Source: Octopus vulgaris (Eukaryota). Taken from it: 64,000 nt of DNA. Shown piece after piece: positions 44,955 through 58,871 of this stretch. Each line of letters begins with the position of its first letter. Position 1 is the first letter of the stretch. The position numbers and the translations under genes are program-made. Under the pieces are notes generated by a model. That model worked only from the letters and a program-made list of their open reading frames with translations. It ran no database searches and was not told the origin of the DNA. Where the stretch lies: NCBI GenBank assembly GCA_951406725.2, contig OX597822.1, positions 76,012,001 through 76,076,000 on the forward strand, given 5' to 3'.

Positions 44955-45079
44955 TTTATAGAAGGAGCTTCTACAGGACTAGAACTGTTTCATTCAAAAG
45001 AAATCATCAGGAAGCTCCTGATGATTTCTTTTGAATGAAACAGTTCTAGTCCTGTAGAAGCTCCTTCTATAAAATAAAT
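44949..45079. repeat. Perfect palindrome, 64-bp arms with 3-nt spacer
   Basis: 44949-45012 is the exact reverse complement of 45016-45079. Confidence 0.97.
44964..45018 (-). ncRNA. Type I hammerhead ribozyme motif
   Basis: ggagcttc-CTGATGA-t-ttc-tttt-gaa-t-GAAA-cag-ttctagtc-ctg-TA-gaagctcc: perfect 8-bp stem I, stems II and III, GUA triplet. U-U at the base of stem II is non-canonical. Confidence 0.8.
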
Positions 45080-45142
45080 TAATTTACTCTGCTATGTATT
45101 GAGTACCTTATTTACTGTGGTTAACCCCGACTCAACCCGGGA

Positions 45143-45192
<50 letters not shown>

Positions 45193-45400
45193 CGTACATA
45201 CATACATACATACATACATACATACATACATACATACATACACGCATACATACATAGTCCAAACATCGTCACCATTCAATCAGACACGCGCACTAACAAC
45301 ATATTTCGGTGTAGGAACAGCGTGACACAACGCATGCTTAATTCCAATCTTCGAATTGTAGATACATAATATATGTTTGTGCGTGCATGTCTGACAGGTG

Positions 45401-45458
<58 letters not shown>

Positions 45459-45739
45459 ATAATAATAATAATAATAATAATAAGCGATGAAGGAAATGTA
45501 AGATGGATTTGGCATTAGTCTTTCTTGAGTACGTCACTCCTTTTGACCCTTTCTGCGATTGTTCTTTATGGGTAGTTGCATGAGGAATGGAAACGATCGT
45601 GATACTGAATAAAGATTAATGAGAAATCCATCTTCCGTCTACGTCATCGATTATTATTATCTCAACTCGCACTGAGCATGTGTATGTATATGTACTTTAC
45701 TCTACCAAACGTATTGAGCAATTCTTCAGTGTAATATCG

Positions 45740-45952
45740 GTTTCAAATTTTGGTACAAGGCTCGAAAATTCGGAGAAGAGTTTCAGTAGATTACACCGAC
45801 CCTTCTGCTTAACTGGTACTTATTTTATCGACCCACGAAAGGATGAAAGTCAAAGCCGACTCCAGCAGTTTTGAACTCAGAGCGTAAAGGAGAATGAGAT
45901 GCTGTTAAGCATTTCACCCGGTTTGCTAATAATTCTGGCAGCTCGCCGCCTT
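45740..45952 (-). mobile_element. SINE family A
   Basis: Minus strand starts aaggcggcgagctgccagaattattagc. Confidence 0.8.
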
Positions 45953-46194
45953 ATTCTTCAGCTTAATACCAAATACTTCTATTATAGATCGATATAAAGG
46001 AAACAAACGCTCATTATGTACTTGTATTTTTGTTTGTGTGTTTCTTTCAGTTTCCGTTTACCAAGTCCATTCAAAGGGCTTTAGTTAGCCCGAAATTATA
46101 TCAGAAGAAACTTGCCCAAGATGCCACGAATTAGAACTGTCCTCAGAACCATGTGGTTGAGACGAAATCTTCTTACCCCACCAGCCACATGCGT

Positions 46195-46420
46195 GTTTTA
46201 CATTTCCCGGATGTTCCTTCAGTTTTGTGACCTGCTCAGAAAAGAATTCGTTCTCTAGTTCCTCCAAACGAAACTGCAAATGGCGACTGCAGTTTCTCTG
46301 GAGAATATCTGGCGTAATTTATGCCCAGGAATAGTTTCGCTGAAATTCATATTCAGGAGCCTTTTTATTTAAATAAAATCTGGTTTGACTACTCACTGTA
46401 GGAAAAAGGCGAAGTGAACG
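46195..46420 (-). pseudogene. Schlafen-like N-terminal fragment (copy 5)
   Basis: QTRFYLNKK...LQFRLEELENEFFSEQVTKLKEHPG aligns by eye with copy 7 (VALFLNKM...KYHYKEWENIFNRRLKKHPP). Truncated by a SINE. Confidence 0.45.
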
Positions 46421-47869
46421 AGATGCATAAGAATATTGTATACATAGTATCAAGCCAGAGATGTTGCCAGTTTTCTTTGTGTTCAGGTTGATAAATTTTA
46501 GCTTGTAGAAATGAGAAAATGGAATTAATCCTGAAAAACGCATCGAATAGAAAGAATAAGACAGAAATAAATTTAGAATGTTCAGCCTTGAGCATGGAAG
46601 AAAGAAAAGTCATTCTTCCAAGATTACACACTTTAAACCATTGTTCATGTGATTTAATTCCCCCCTAACATCTACACACAGCTTTCATTTTGCTATACAG
46701 ACAACAACAGCTGCGTACAAACTATGAAATTTTCTTTGAAAATGTTACTTCTTGAAATGTAATTCTTCTCTGAATTCAATAGACCATTAATCTTGATGTT
46801 GGCGTTGTCAGTGATAATTCACCTTCTTGCAGAGCGTTTGGATTCTTCATAAACAAACTGACGAAAAAAAGCCTTCGCGAAGGAAACAAATACTTATCAA
46901 AAGCAACTTAGATTAATTTAAGATCAAATGATAGAATCATACAAACACACGTACCTTCCAAGAAATACACAAGACAAAATAGATACACAAATTAGATATA
47001 AGGTATATAATGTCAATCAAATTCATATTAATTATAGAATATCAAAAAAATATTCAACTTCTAATTAAGAGTCGGTATTCTTTTCGTGTAAAACACTATT
47101 AATTTATTTACATTTTATTCCTTGTTTTTGGTACTTTTTAAGCCCATTTTCTAATTTCTACAAACTGAAATTTATCAACGAAAGCACAAAGAGAAGCCAG
47201 ATAGTCACCTACTGAAAACGACATAGTGTTATCTCCCCTTCATGCAGCTCTCCTCTCGTAATAAATGAGTACGCCATCCTCTTCCTAGATAAAAGACATG
47301 GATTTTTGAATCTCAGTAAACATCTTTTTACATTCAAAATATGCCGAATAGTCTGCTGTCTGTGGAGGCGGAGGGAGAAATATCAATCGTTTTATGTTGA
47401 GAATTTCAGACTGCGTAGTGAGGAAATGTATTCAATCTTGAATAGAGAACAAAAAGATGTTGGGTAAGGTTCGGATATATACATAGAATCTGAAGGATCT
47501 TGAATCGTAAATGCTTTTAACGTTGCTGCATTTTTAAGAAATTCACACGACAATAAAAAAAACATTAGTTTCGGCAAAAACCTACAACAGATGCATTAAT
47601 TTATGTGTGTGTGTATGTAGGTAGATAGCTCGGGATTTATATATGTGTACAGGTATCATGAAAAGGGTAAATGATGGGTTCACGGTATTGATGATAAAAC
47701 ACCGCTAAACCATATCCAAAAGTACACAAGAAACTATAAAACATGTTAAATAAATACATTTTAGGGTCCAAATATTTCGATGAAATATTTAAAGACATTA
47801 CTGTGTCTGTCGAATTCCTATCCTTCAATGTTAGTGACAGAAATTTGAAAACTACAAAACATAAATATA

Positions 47870-48170
47870 CTGGCTCTCCGTCTGTTACGAAGAAGATAGT
47901 TCCAGCTGATTCGATCAACGGAAATGCCTGCTCATGAAATTAAAGTCCATGTGGTTGAGCACTCCGCAGACACGCGTATCCTTAATAACGCGAAACATAA
48001 TATGACATAGCTGGCCCTTTGAATTACAGGCAGAACTCACTTTTGAGGGCTGAATGGACTGGAGCAACATGAAATAAAGTGTCTTTCTCAAGGACTCAAC
48101 ACATGGGAATCGAACTCATAACCTTACGATAGTAAGCCAAATGCTCAAACCCCTAAACCAAGCGCCTTCA
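47870..48170 (-). mobile_element. Decayed SINE, family C-related
   Basis: ttccagctgattcgatcaacgg, gctggccctttgaa and ggactggagcaacatgaaat motifs shared with 30835 and 41045. Confidence 0.75.
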
Positions 48171-48699
48171 CCAATTTGTGTGTGTGTATGTATGTATGTA
48201 TGTTTCTATCAATTATCATTTTCTCTCTCATCCTTTCTCTAATTCCTTTTTACACCCCTTCATCTGTCTCTCTCTCTCCCCTCTTTCCCTTTTACTCTCT
48301 CTCTCTCTCGTTGCTCACACGTGACAATCGTCCATATTTTCTTCCCGTGATCATCTTTTTTTTCTTTAAGGCCTGTCCTAAAGACTGGACGTATCCTATA
48401 TCTCTCTTCTATTTATTCTCTTCACAAAGTAAATATTTCTCCAGCGTTTGCTATTTTACCCTCGTTCTGGTCTAACGACCCTCCATGTTTGTTTTCGTTC
48501 GATTTCCTTGTATGTCTCTACTGTCCTGTTTTTTTTTTTTACCAGCTTTGACACTCCATAAATCCCAAATTTTATTTTGGTACTTATGGGAGCAACTGTC
48601 TTTCGAAGACTCATATTGTCGTTCAATGCTCGAAATGAGGAGTAGATTGACAGCCGACAACTGATGAAGTGTCGTTCTTTATGTTACTTGTCCTGTTTC

Positions 48700-48922
48700 G
48701 GACTCAGTCCCACAGTGCGGCTCCTTGAACAAGTGATTTTTTTTTATTAGGGCACCAAAACTCGACTTATGCCTTGTGAATGTATTTGGTGGACGGAGAC
48801 TGCTTGGAAACCTGTCCTACACACACACACATATATATATATATACACGCACATATATATCTACATATATATACATGCATATACATACCTATATATACGT
48901 ATATACATATCCACACACGTAT

Positions 48923-48975
<53 letters not shown>

Positions 48976-49592
48976 TGTGTGTGTGAGGGATATCTTCGTG
49001 TTTGTGTTAATCCTCCAGCACGCGACAACCGGTGCTGGTTTATTAATGTCACTGTAACTTAGTGACTCGGCAAGATATCACTGATAGAATAAGTACGATA
49101 ATTTCAAATAAGTAGTGGGGGCAGTTTATTTGACTAGACCCTTCAAGGCGGTGCCCCAGCATGGCTGCAGTCCAATGAAGCACCTAAAGGATAAATAAAA
49201 GTAAACGATGTCTATGTGATAAGAAGCTTGCTTCCAAACGACATGGTCCCGGGTTCAGTCCCAGCGAGTGGTACCCTGGTAGTGATTTATACTATAGCGT
49301 TAGGCCGACTAAAGCCTCCTCAGTGCATTTAAGAGACGAAAATTGAAAAAAGGTCGTAGTAAATATATATGTTTGTGTGTGTGTTTGCATCTGTGTTCGT
49401 CCCCCATTACCGCTTCTCAACCGGTGCCGGTGTGGTTATGTCTCCATAACCTAGACATTTCAAAATTCACACCGTAGAAAAAGTACCAGAATTAAAGAAA
49501 ATAAATTAAAAGTACAGAGGTGGGCTCTTTCGACTAAAACTTTTTCAAGGCGGTGACAAATCATGACTGCCTTCTAATGATTGAAACAAGAA
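48700..49592 (+). mobile_element. Two decayed SINE family B copies
   Basis: cagtcccac, caaccggtg, cttcaaggcggtg and atgattgaaacaag motifs occur twice. Confidence 0.78.
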
Positions 49593-51384
49593 AAAAAAAA
49601 TTTAATGATTAAAATAATCGAAAAATATACTTGAGTGACGCTACAATTGTCACTACAACTCCGAACCAATACAACATGTCAATAACAATTTAGTCTCTCT
49701 TTTGTTTAAACCTGGACAGTTAAATTTCAATTTGTTTATTGACTGTGTCAGCACTAATCTAAAACAACGGAACATAATAGTCTTTGCATGTAAGAGATAA
49801 TCTGTCGGAAAACACAAGAGACAAAATTTCGTAGATATTTAAAATCGTTTAAATGCATGGCTATAAGCTGACTCCGACTATCCAATAGCAACAAGCAGAA
49901 CAGTCCTCAAGCAAGAATATCTCAGTTTGAGAAACATTTGAAAGACAAAAAAAATAATTCAAATAAGAAGCTAAATAAAAGCTGTTCATGACTAAATCTT
50001 TTAAAAATATAATCTTCTCATTTCTTAGTAAATTTCGAACTGATTACTATTTAAAAGATTAGAACCATTTTTCGTATAGGAAACATAGAAAATAAGCAAA
50101 TGTGTATGATACAAGACGAAGTATAATATATTAAGATACAGTTTGACCTCAATGATAAATGTGTGTATCGGAAAGTTTCTGCAAAATCTGTTGCTGTAAT
50201 TAATGATTTCTTATATTGATACTAGACCAGTGATTATTCTAGAGTGAGGAATAATCTACTGAGTCATCTTTTGTACATGCCCGGTGTTTATCTTATCGAC
50301 TCTAGAGAGATGAATGGGAAAGTCGATCCGGGCATTATTTGATCTTAGAACTTTAAACAAAAATGTTAAATACCCTAAGGCCTCTAATATGGTGCTCTAT
50401 TATGTCTGACACACCCAGTGCATTTAACATTAATAATCAAATGCGTAGATATCGATTCTATGTGTTTTTACTTATGCGCTTCTCTGCGGATCGAACTTAT
50501 TTCCATACCCAGCACACCGGAGGAGAAGCGTCGCTAAAGAGACGTTGTTCTTCTCTTGCAGTATCATGAGTGTGCAGCGAGTGGGAGGGCAACTGAGCTT
50601 AATATTAAGCTAGGTTAGAGGATTTCAATTGAAAGCTATAAAAGGTTGCGCAGTAATAGATTTCTTTATGTCAATCAGCTGGGCGAGGGCATGGCTCTCT
50701 GGTAAAAAGTCTGTTTTTCTGGTTAAAAATGAAATCACTGGTTTCGGATTCGGATGGTTGAGTGAGTGTAATTTGTGTTCAGGAACGAATTTTGCTATAA
50801 AGTCTCTAAGGTGACAATGATAATTTGGTTTTACCTGGGGCTAAACAAATATGTCTATTGAAGGCTATGGTGTCTTTATTGTTTGGTTACTTCAATTAGA
50901 ATAACAAACCCGCCTACAACAGGCAGAAGGCCTGAAACGTGGTAAGATGGACCTAGTAGTTTACATTGACCCATTGCTCAACCGGAAAAAGAAAGGCAAT
51001 GTCGACCTTGGAGGAATTTGAACACAGAACGCAGAGCCGGAAGAAATGCCACAAAGCATTTTGTCCGGTGTGCTAAATATTGTCACTTCACCACTTTAAT
51101 AATAATAATGATAACAATAATAATAATAATAATCCATTCTATTATAGGCACAAAGCCTGAAAAATTTGAGGGAGGGGAGTTTTGCGATTACATCGACCCC
51201 AGTATTCGACTAGTACTTAGTTAATCGACCCCGATTGAATGAAAGGCAAAGTCGACCACGGCGTAATTTGAACTAAATGTCGCTAAGACGGACTAAATGT
51301 CGCGAAGCATTTTGCTCGGCGTGCTAAATATTTTACTATTTCATCATTTTAATAATAATAATAATAACAACAACAACAATAATA

Positions 51385-51925
51385 CCCTGATGTAGTACCT
51401 GGTAGAGGCTCTTATGGCTTCTGATCTTAACTGAGGGGAAGTGTTATCATGTACATTGTTTTGTCTTGATACAAAAGATGGGTTACAGCAAATATTCTGC
51501 TCTATTCCACAGATTTGCTTGTCAGTTGTTGGACCTTAACCAGTTGAGCATGTCCCTTGGTAGCTGACTATATGTGCATCTCTGATCACGAGTAGAACTA
51601 GCGGGAAGCATCATAGCCATGTACTGAGAGAAATTTTTTAGGCTCTGAATATTTCACCTCTGGAAACTTGGGTGTTTTGTTCACCATCCTTAAACCACCC
51701 ACTTTTGAGCGGGGTGGGCTACTCGACCTAAAGAAAATTCTAACTGGGTACCACCTGCAAGGTTATGCGCTGTTTATCTTGATATGAGATCACCATGTCA
51801 TGCACATATGGTTGTGATAACTGTACCTGGTGTACCCTTAGATGGTTAATCATGATGTGTATACTGGGTTTCGTATATTTTACCCCAGTGTCACTTTGAT
51901 GGCATGCACTGCACTCTCACTCAAT
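51385..51925 (+). mobile_element. Family D repeat
   Basis: ccctgatgtagtacc...cactttgatggcatgcactgcactctcactcaataat. Confidence 0.85.
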
Positions 51926-52561
51926 AATGATGATGATGATGATGAGTTTGTCACCAGGCCAATAATTTCTAGGAGAGTGAGCACACCGCATAAAACAGAG
52001 AACAAGTGATTTCAACATTATTCACGGATCGATTAATGCGTAAAGAAGAAAAATTGATTGACGAAAACCGGGGGTAATTATGACGTACAGCCCATTAATC
52101 CATCATAAAGTTTAGCGACACTCGACCCTTTAGAGCATTTAGTGGAGTTTACTCTATTGTAAAGTATTTGGTCCTTGTTCTGGTTGGCTGATAACTTCCT
52201 CTATCTGCTTAAACTGTACATAAAAAGACTGTATCTTTTCATGGTACCACGTTAAACCGTACAGACTGCCTTGAAGGCCGATACCTAATCACCCGAGTTA
52301 GTAACAAATCTTTTCACTGAGAGAGCTTGTCAATAAAACAGCCGCAGCTGATTAACAAATTTACAAGAAGCTAATTAACTTGAGACTGATGTAAAATGTG
52401 AGTGTTTGTTTTGTTCGTTAGCATTTAACTTAACCGAAAAAAACCTCCATTACATCTGAAGTATAAAACGAGGTAATGTGTATACATGTATTTGTAGAGT
52501 AAATGATTGTATATATGTGAGTGTATATGTGTGTCTATATATGTTGGTGTATGTATGCCTA

Positions 52562-52601
<40 letters not shown>

Positions 52602-52653
52602 GTTGTCGGTACGTACATATATGTTTGTATGTATGCATATATTTTATTTATTA

Positions 52654-52701
<48 letters not shown>

Positions 52702-53696
52702 ATGTGTGAGTGTATGTGTGTGTCTATATACGTTGTTGTATGTATGCCTATCTATCTATATATGTGTGTGTGTGTGTGTTTATATGTGTAACTTCTAAAT
52801 TAGTTTAGCGTTTGGATACTGTTTGCTCATTAAGCCTCGTCAGAATAATATAGACTCGTTCTGTCTGCTGATCACAGCAGCTGCAATACTTGATTTAGGT
52901 TAGTGAACATTTAGAGAGAAAAGCTGATGCTGTTTGGTTCACTTTATAACATGATGTTTTATTCAACCTTTATTTATCAAACCGACAATTACGAAAGCAA
53001 AAACAAATTAATACTCTTTTAAATACTCTCTGATTATTAAAATATCGAACTTATTAATCATAATAAATAATATATGAATCAGAACGTTGCTTCTATACAT
53101 GTGTTTTGTTATTCACATCGGCTATAGTTATGCTTTTGTATAGTCAATGCGTTCCAAACCATAAACATACATAGCCATAAATAGAAAGGCCAGCCCATTA
53201 ACGACTTTAGTAATCGCCCTTACCGCTGGTCAGGCAAACATTTTAAAAGAGTTGCTTACAAATATAAGGTGTATATAGGGAGAAAGGATTTACTGCTTGA
53301 CAATGTTAGATGACGGTTAAATTGCAAAAAGGGGTCATAGGGTATATGTATGTGTGTGTGTGTGTGCAGTTGGATTTATGTGTGTGTTTTCGAGGAAAAG
53401 ATGGACGGTTATTGCGTCTGACGAAGGCAAATAAACTGAAACTTCGAATTTTTGTGCTTCCCCTCATAAGAACAACACTCACGCGTGCGCACACACACAC
53501 ACACTCTCTCTCTCTCTCCATCTCAAACCCCCCACTCACAAACACACAGATACGTATTTTAAAACTTCTTTATTTCTCTCAATATACAGGCATAAAGGTA
53601 AAAGACTTCTTCCCCAGCGTTAAACTAATACACCTGCTTGTTTTACCTATACCTGACTTTGTCTTTTGTTTTGTGTAAATTTAAATTATATTATAA

Positions 53697-54090
53697 GGCG
53701 CAGGAGTGGCTGTGTGGAAAGTAGCTTGCTAACTAACCACATGGTTCCGGGTTCAGTCCCACTGCGTGGTATCTTGGGCAAGTGTCTTCTGCTATAGTCC
53801 CGGGCCGACCAATGCATTGTGAGTGGATTTGGTAGACGGAAACTGAAAGAAGCCTGTCGTATATATATATATATGTGTGTTTGCGTGTCTGTGTTTGTCC
53901 CCCTAGCATTGCTTGACAACCGATGCTGGCGTGTTTACGTCCCCGTCACTTAGCGGTTCGGCAAAGACAGACCGATAGAATAAGTACTGGGCTTACAAAG
54001 AATAAGTCCCGGGGTCGATTTGCTCGACTAAAGGCAGTGCTCCAGCATGGCCGCAGTCAAATGACTGAAACAAGTAAAAGAGAGTAAAAG
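53697..54090 (+). mobile_element. Full-length tRNA-derived SINE family B
   Basis: A-box-like tggctgtgtgg, B-box-like gggttcagtccc, CORE-like cttgggcaagtgtctt, internal (TA)(TG) tract and gagtaaaa-repeat tail. Resembles described octopus SINEs, exact family name not assigned. Confidence 0.92.
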
Positions 54091-54911
54091 ATATATATAT
54101 ATATATATATATTTATTTATTGTGTGTGTGTGTGTGTGTGTGTGTTTGTGTGTGTGTGTGCACGCTCCTTATGAACTTCATGACGCTGACCTATGCTCAA
54201 AAGCATTCCAGCAGTTTTTTAAAAAATCACGCCGTTGTATAAGTATTGAGGAGTATGTTAATATAATTTGACCTTCAATATTTTAAAAACGTGTGACTTG
54301 AGTGAGACTCAGTTTCTGCTTGTACAAGACCGAGCAACCTCATAGAGGTCTCATTGTTGTCTCGTTATCCCATGCTAGCCTAATCATTGCATGTCATTGT
54401 ATGCTGGTAAAATGAATTCAAAAGAATATTTTAGTCAATATTTGTACATATAGGATTTCATTGTCCAATATAGCTTTCCATTTTAAAGATGGCTAGGTAT
54501 GATTTGATCGATTTTTTAGGTTATGCTTCTAATCAATCATACGACTGTTTAGATGCTCCGAACTATATTGTACAAAATGTAGTGAGATCCACATGCCAAA
54601 CTGCATAGCTCATGGCGTTAGTGAAAGAAGCGATACGGGTTCAACCCTTTGTTGCAGCCGTCCGGTAGATCTTAAACTGTAAATGACTTTCAGCAGGACA
54701 TGAACTTCAACCGACTCGTTCCTTCCCTTCTAATATCTGAAACCTTACAGTATATTTGACCAACGAGGGATTCCCTAAGTGGTTGATCGAGTGGTACATA
54801 TATCAGATGAATCACTCTTAAATCACATCCGAACGTATGAATACAGGAAGGTCGCATTAAATTAGGGGATCTTTCATCCACGGTACCTGAAAGACAGATG
54901 GAATGGTTATA

Positions 54912-55292
54912 TTCTTTTATTCTTTAACATGTTCCAGTCATTTTAGTATGGCCATACTGGAGCACCGCCTTAAAGGGTTTTAGTCGAAGAAATTGACTTC
55001 AAGACTTATTCTTTGTAAGCCTAGTACTTATGCTATCGGTCTCTTTTGCCGGACCGCTAAGTTATGGGGACGTAAATACACCAACATCGGTCGTGGGCGA
55101 TGGTGAGAGGAGCAAACACAAATAGACACATAAATACACACACACACACACACATATATGCGATGGGCTTCTTTCAGTTTCCGCCTACCAAATCCACTCA
55201 CAAAGCTTTGATCGGCCCGAGGCTATGTTAGAAGACACTTGCCGAAGGTGGCACGCAGTGGGACCGAATCCGGAAGCAAGCTTCTTACCATA
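54912..55292 (-). mobile_element. SINE family B
   Basis: Reverse complement of the 53697 copy. Confidence 0.88.
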
Positions 55293-57089
55293 CAACCTGG
55301 ACTATCCTTAATTCATTTATCTTCATGGTGACGGTTGTCCTAGGGGATGAGCAAACATGATACTAACCACAATAAAAAATCAACAAAACGCATATTTGAG
55401 GCTTGGATCAAATTTAGATACCCTCCTGATGTCATTTAATTTAATTTTAGTCACGCATCATTTTAGTTACGCATCATCACGCAAGTTTTCGCTGGAGCGC
55501 AACCACAGCTACGACCATCACTCGCCATGGACGGCAATGACCATCACTCACCATAGATCCTTGGAGAGTGGTGGGAAACAAGTAGCAAAGACTGTAAGGT
55601 CACCTGGAGTCCCGGATTAAATGCTAGCAGTAGAGTCAATTCCACAAAAGATACTCAAAGTGTGAGGTAGCATAGATACACCGGACGAGGTGTTCAGTGT
55701 ACCACTCAAGCACATTGCAGCAAGGGCTGAACTCAGAGCGTAGAATATAAGGTATTGGTGTAACTTAGCTTTACTTCTCGTAGCATATCACCTCCTCTCA
55801 CCATAGTACTACGCCGTTACCCTGTTATTTCTCTGTTATAGATCAAAGCATAAAGGCAACGAACAAATCATACGACAACATCATACGACATCATTCGATG
55901 TTGTTGCAGTTCCACCAATTCACTTCTTGTTTTGAGACCATTTTATCGAGCCCGAAAGGATGTGGGGGCAAAGTTGACCTCAGCGGAATTGAGCTGAAAA
56001 AGCAGAAAATCGGGACAACTACCTGGAAGTATTTTGTCCAACGCACTAACCTCTCTCCCAATTCGTATTAAAATTTTCCTATTCGATCTCGGTACGTGGC
56101 AACTTAGACATATCCGTGAGTCGACCTAAGCTTGAGATTGTAAAAAGGTAAACGGACACTGTGTGAAAGAGATCACATTGAGATTACAAAAGACTGTTCA
56201 AAACCAATTGTCGTATGCACACACCTTCTTTCACCTTCTCCGACCTTCCTATCTTGCCGACTGGATTACAAAGACAACGCAAATATAATATCAGCAATGA
56301 TTTTTACTTCAACTTTCTCATCGCTTGTATAGTAAGCCTTTACGTTTTTGAACCAAGTGTTTTTGTGACATATTATGAAATTGAATGTTCTCTCAAAGAC
56401 ATTGCTCTCGCTGAGGTTGCCGAAAATATATAATTACTCACGTTCTTTGGTCAAAGAACGTGATAAGCAATTACATAAAATAAGCCAATGAGGAAACAAG
56501 GAAAAAATAATGTTTTCCTTCTTACAGCCAGAAACTTCTACGTATATTAAAAATGGAGGCACAAGACTAACAGAAATGACAAGGCATAAGGAAAACCAAA
56601 TTATGTAAAGACACACACACACACACGCACACACACACAAATATGTATATTTTCTAAGTAAGTTTACATATATATATATAAGAGAGAGAAAGAGAGAAAT
56701 CATAAAAAGTCAGAAAGTATGAGGTGACTATATTTAATCCGTTGTCATCTTTTGGGCTACGCCGTTTCGCAGCCTTATTCATGCAATAATAACTTCACTG
56801 TATAATGAATTATGTTTACAAGCCTGTATTAACATGTATGCTACGCAATATACCGTACAATTGTATATATACAAATAAGTGATGATAAAGAATCTTTTCT
56901 ACTCTAGCACAAGCCCCAAACTTTTAGGTGAGAAGACCAGTCGATTATATTGACCCCGGTACGCAACTAGTACTTAATTTATCGACTGCGAAAGGATGAA
57001 AGGCAAAGCCGACCTCGGCGGAATTTGAACTCAGAACGTTAACGGTTCAGATAAAGAATGCGCGCTCATCAGATTCTAAGAACATCATC

Positions 57090-57280
57090 GTTATATTAAT
57101 AGAGCTGAAATAGAGGTCTCATAACGAGACATCTAAGAACAAATGTGAGCGTGATCAATCGAGCTTTGGGGATAATACCGAAAATATTAGGGCCAAATAT
57201 CAGGAAATCTCCGAGTTTTAAGGGCTAGAAAAAATTGTTCTGATGAGTGCTGCCTGTATCCTAATAAAACATTATCAACC
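57090..57280 (+). mobile_element. Decayed RLE retrotransposon C-terminus
   Basis: HLRTNVSVINRALGII...LEKIVLMSAACIL. Confidence 0.55.
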
Positions 57281-57502
57281 TAAAAACATCCGTTTCAAAA
57301 TTCAAATATTACAAATTTAGCAGAATCTGAGCTCTCAATGTTTGGTCTCTCCTTTCCCTACAATATATCATTGCTAATCATGTAGAGTAAAAGACAGTAA
57401 AATACTCAGCTTGCTGTAAGTTGAACTCTATGCGTAAGACTTGGTATAGTTAGTATATTAAAGAAAGCAACAACGTAAATAATAATAATAATAATAATAA
57501 TA

Positions 57503-58205
57503 ACCTGATGCAATACCAGGCAGTGGCTCTCATGGCTTCTGATCTTAACTGATTAGAAGTGTTATCATGTACATTGTTTTGTCTAGGTATAAAAGATGGG
57601 CTATAGCAAATATTCTGCTCAATACCACAGATTTGCTTGTCAGTTGTTATGCCCTGATGCAATACCAGGTAGTGGCTCTCATGGCTTCTGATCTTAACTG
57701 ATTGGAAGTGTTATCATGTACATTGTTTTGTCTTGGTATAAAAGATGGGCTACTGCAAATATTCTGCTCAATACCACAGATTTGCTTGTCAGTTGTTTTG
57801 ACCATAACCAGTTGAGCATGTCCTTTGGTGGCTGACGATATGTGCATCTCTGATCACGAGCAGAAGTAGTGGGGGAGTATCATAGCCATGTGTCGAGAGG
57901 GATTCTTTGGGGCTTGAATAATTCACTCTTGGAAACATGGGTGTTTCATTCAACATTCTTAAACAACACTTATTCAGTGATCTTTTGAGTGGGATGGGTT
58001 ACTCGACCAGAAGAAAATTCTAACTGGGGCCCACTTGCAAGGCCATGTGCTGTTTATCTTGATATGAGATCACCATGTCGCGCACATATGGTTGTGATGC
58101 ATGTGCCTGGTGTACCCTTATCGGACGGGTAATCATGATGTGTATACTGGGCTTCGTATATTTTACCCCAGTGTCACTTTGATGGCATACACTGCTCTCT
58201 CAATC
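57503..58205 (+). mobile_element. Family D repeat with tandem duplication of its first ~145 bp
   Basis: 57503-57648 is repeated at 57653-57798. Confidence 0.9.
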
Positions 58206-58219
58206 AATAATAACAACAC

Positions 58220-58400
58220 TAACCAATTTTTTGACCAGATCCCCGGGAAACCAACAATCTATGGGACTCCAAAAATTGTGTTGACGTTAACCTCCCACAT
58301 TCTCAAGAAGATTCTCTCCATTTAATATATATGTGCCTTAGATCTCTGGTTGAGACCCTGTCGGAAGATGAACTAAAAGGCAAATCAATCGGAAAGATAA
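58220..58400 (+). mobile_element. RLE retrotransposon extreme 3' end
   Basis: FFDQIPGKPTIYGTPKIVLTLTSHILKKILSI* is similar to the 25465 C-terminus. Confidence 0.7.
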
Positions 58401-58668
58401 ATTTAGCAATAATAATGATTATGATGATGATGATGATTTAAAATTTTGGGACAAGGCCCACTAGTTCGGGAAGGAGGAGCATCAGTCGATTACAACGACT
58501 GCAGTGTTCAACTGGTACATGTTTGTTTTTTTTTCGACTCCGAAAGGATGAAAGGCAAAGTCGACTTCTGCGGAATTTGAACTTAGAACATAATGACGAA
58601 CGAAATCCTGCTAAACATTTTGATCCGGCGTGTTAACGATTCTACCAGCTCACTACTTTAATAATAAT

Positions 58669-58727
<59 letters not shown>

Positions 58728-58816
58728 TATTCGTATATTTTACCCCAGTGTCACTTTGATGGCATGCACTGCTCTCTCACTCAATAATAATAATAATAAT
58801 GATAATAATAATAATG

Positions 58817-58871
<55 letters not shown>

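Larger units (their letters stand above)
47260..56600 (+). pseudogene. Schlafen-like pseudogene copy 6 (all modules in order, split by SINEs and microsatellites)
   Basis: YAILFLDKR..IVCCL..EKYQSFYVENF (47270-47410); VAAFLRNS..ISFG; WVHGIDDKT (~47690); FCLLITAAAIL (~52870); YCTKC (~54570); TRDSLSG..ITLK and SFIHGT (54760-54890, cf. FVHGLPG); ASSRKFSLERNHSYDH/LAMDG (55470-55540, Walker B region); CSLKDIAL (~56395); NNVFLLTARNF (~56520). Confidence 0.55.

Noticed and set aside
48590-48700. CTGATGA motif suggesting another hammerhead
   Set aside because: No downstream GAAA or compatible stems.
54749-54886. Apparent 138-bp symmetric minus-strand exon (ctgtctttcag ... gtaagg) with an open frame
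   Set aside because: The peptide has no recognisable features, and the plus strand of the same bases fits the helicase-entry/FIHG segment in order within copy 6. Splice-like signals are common in AT-rich DNA.
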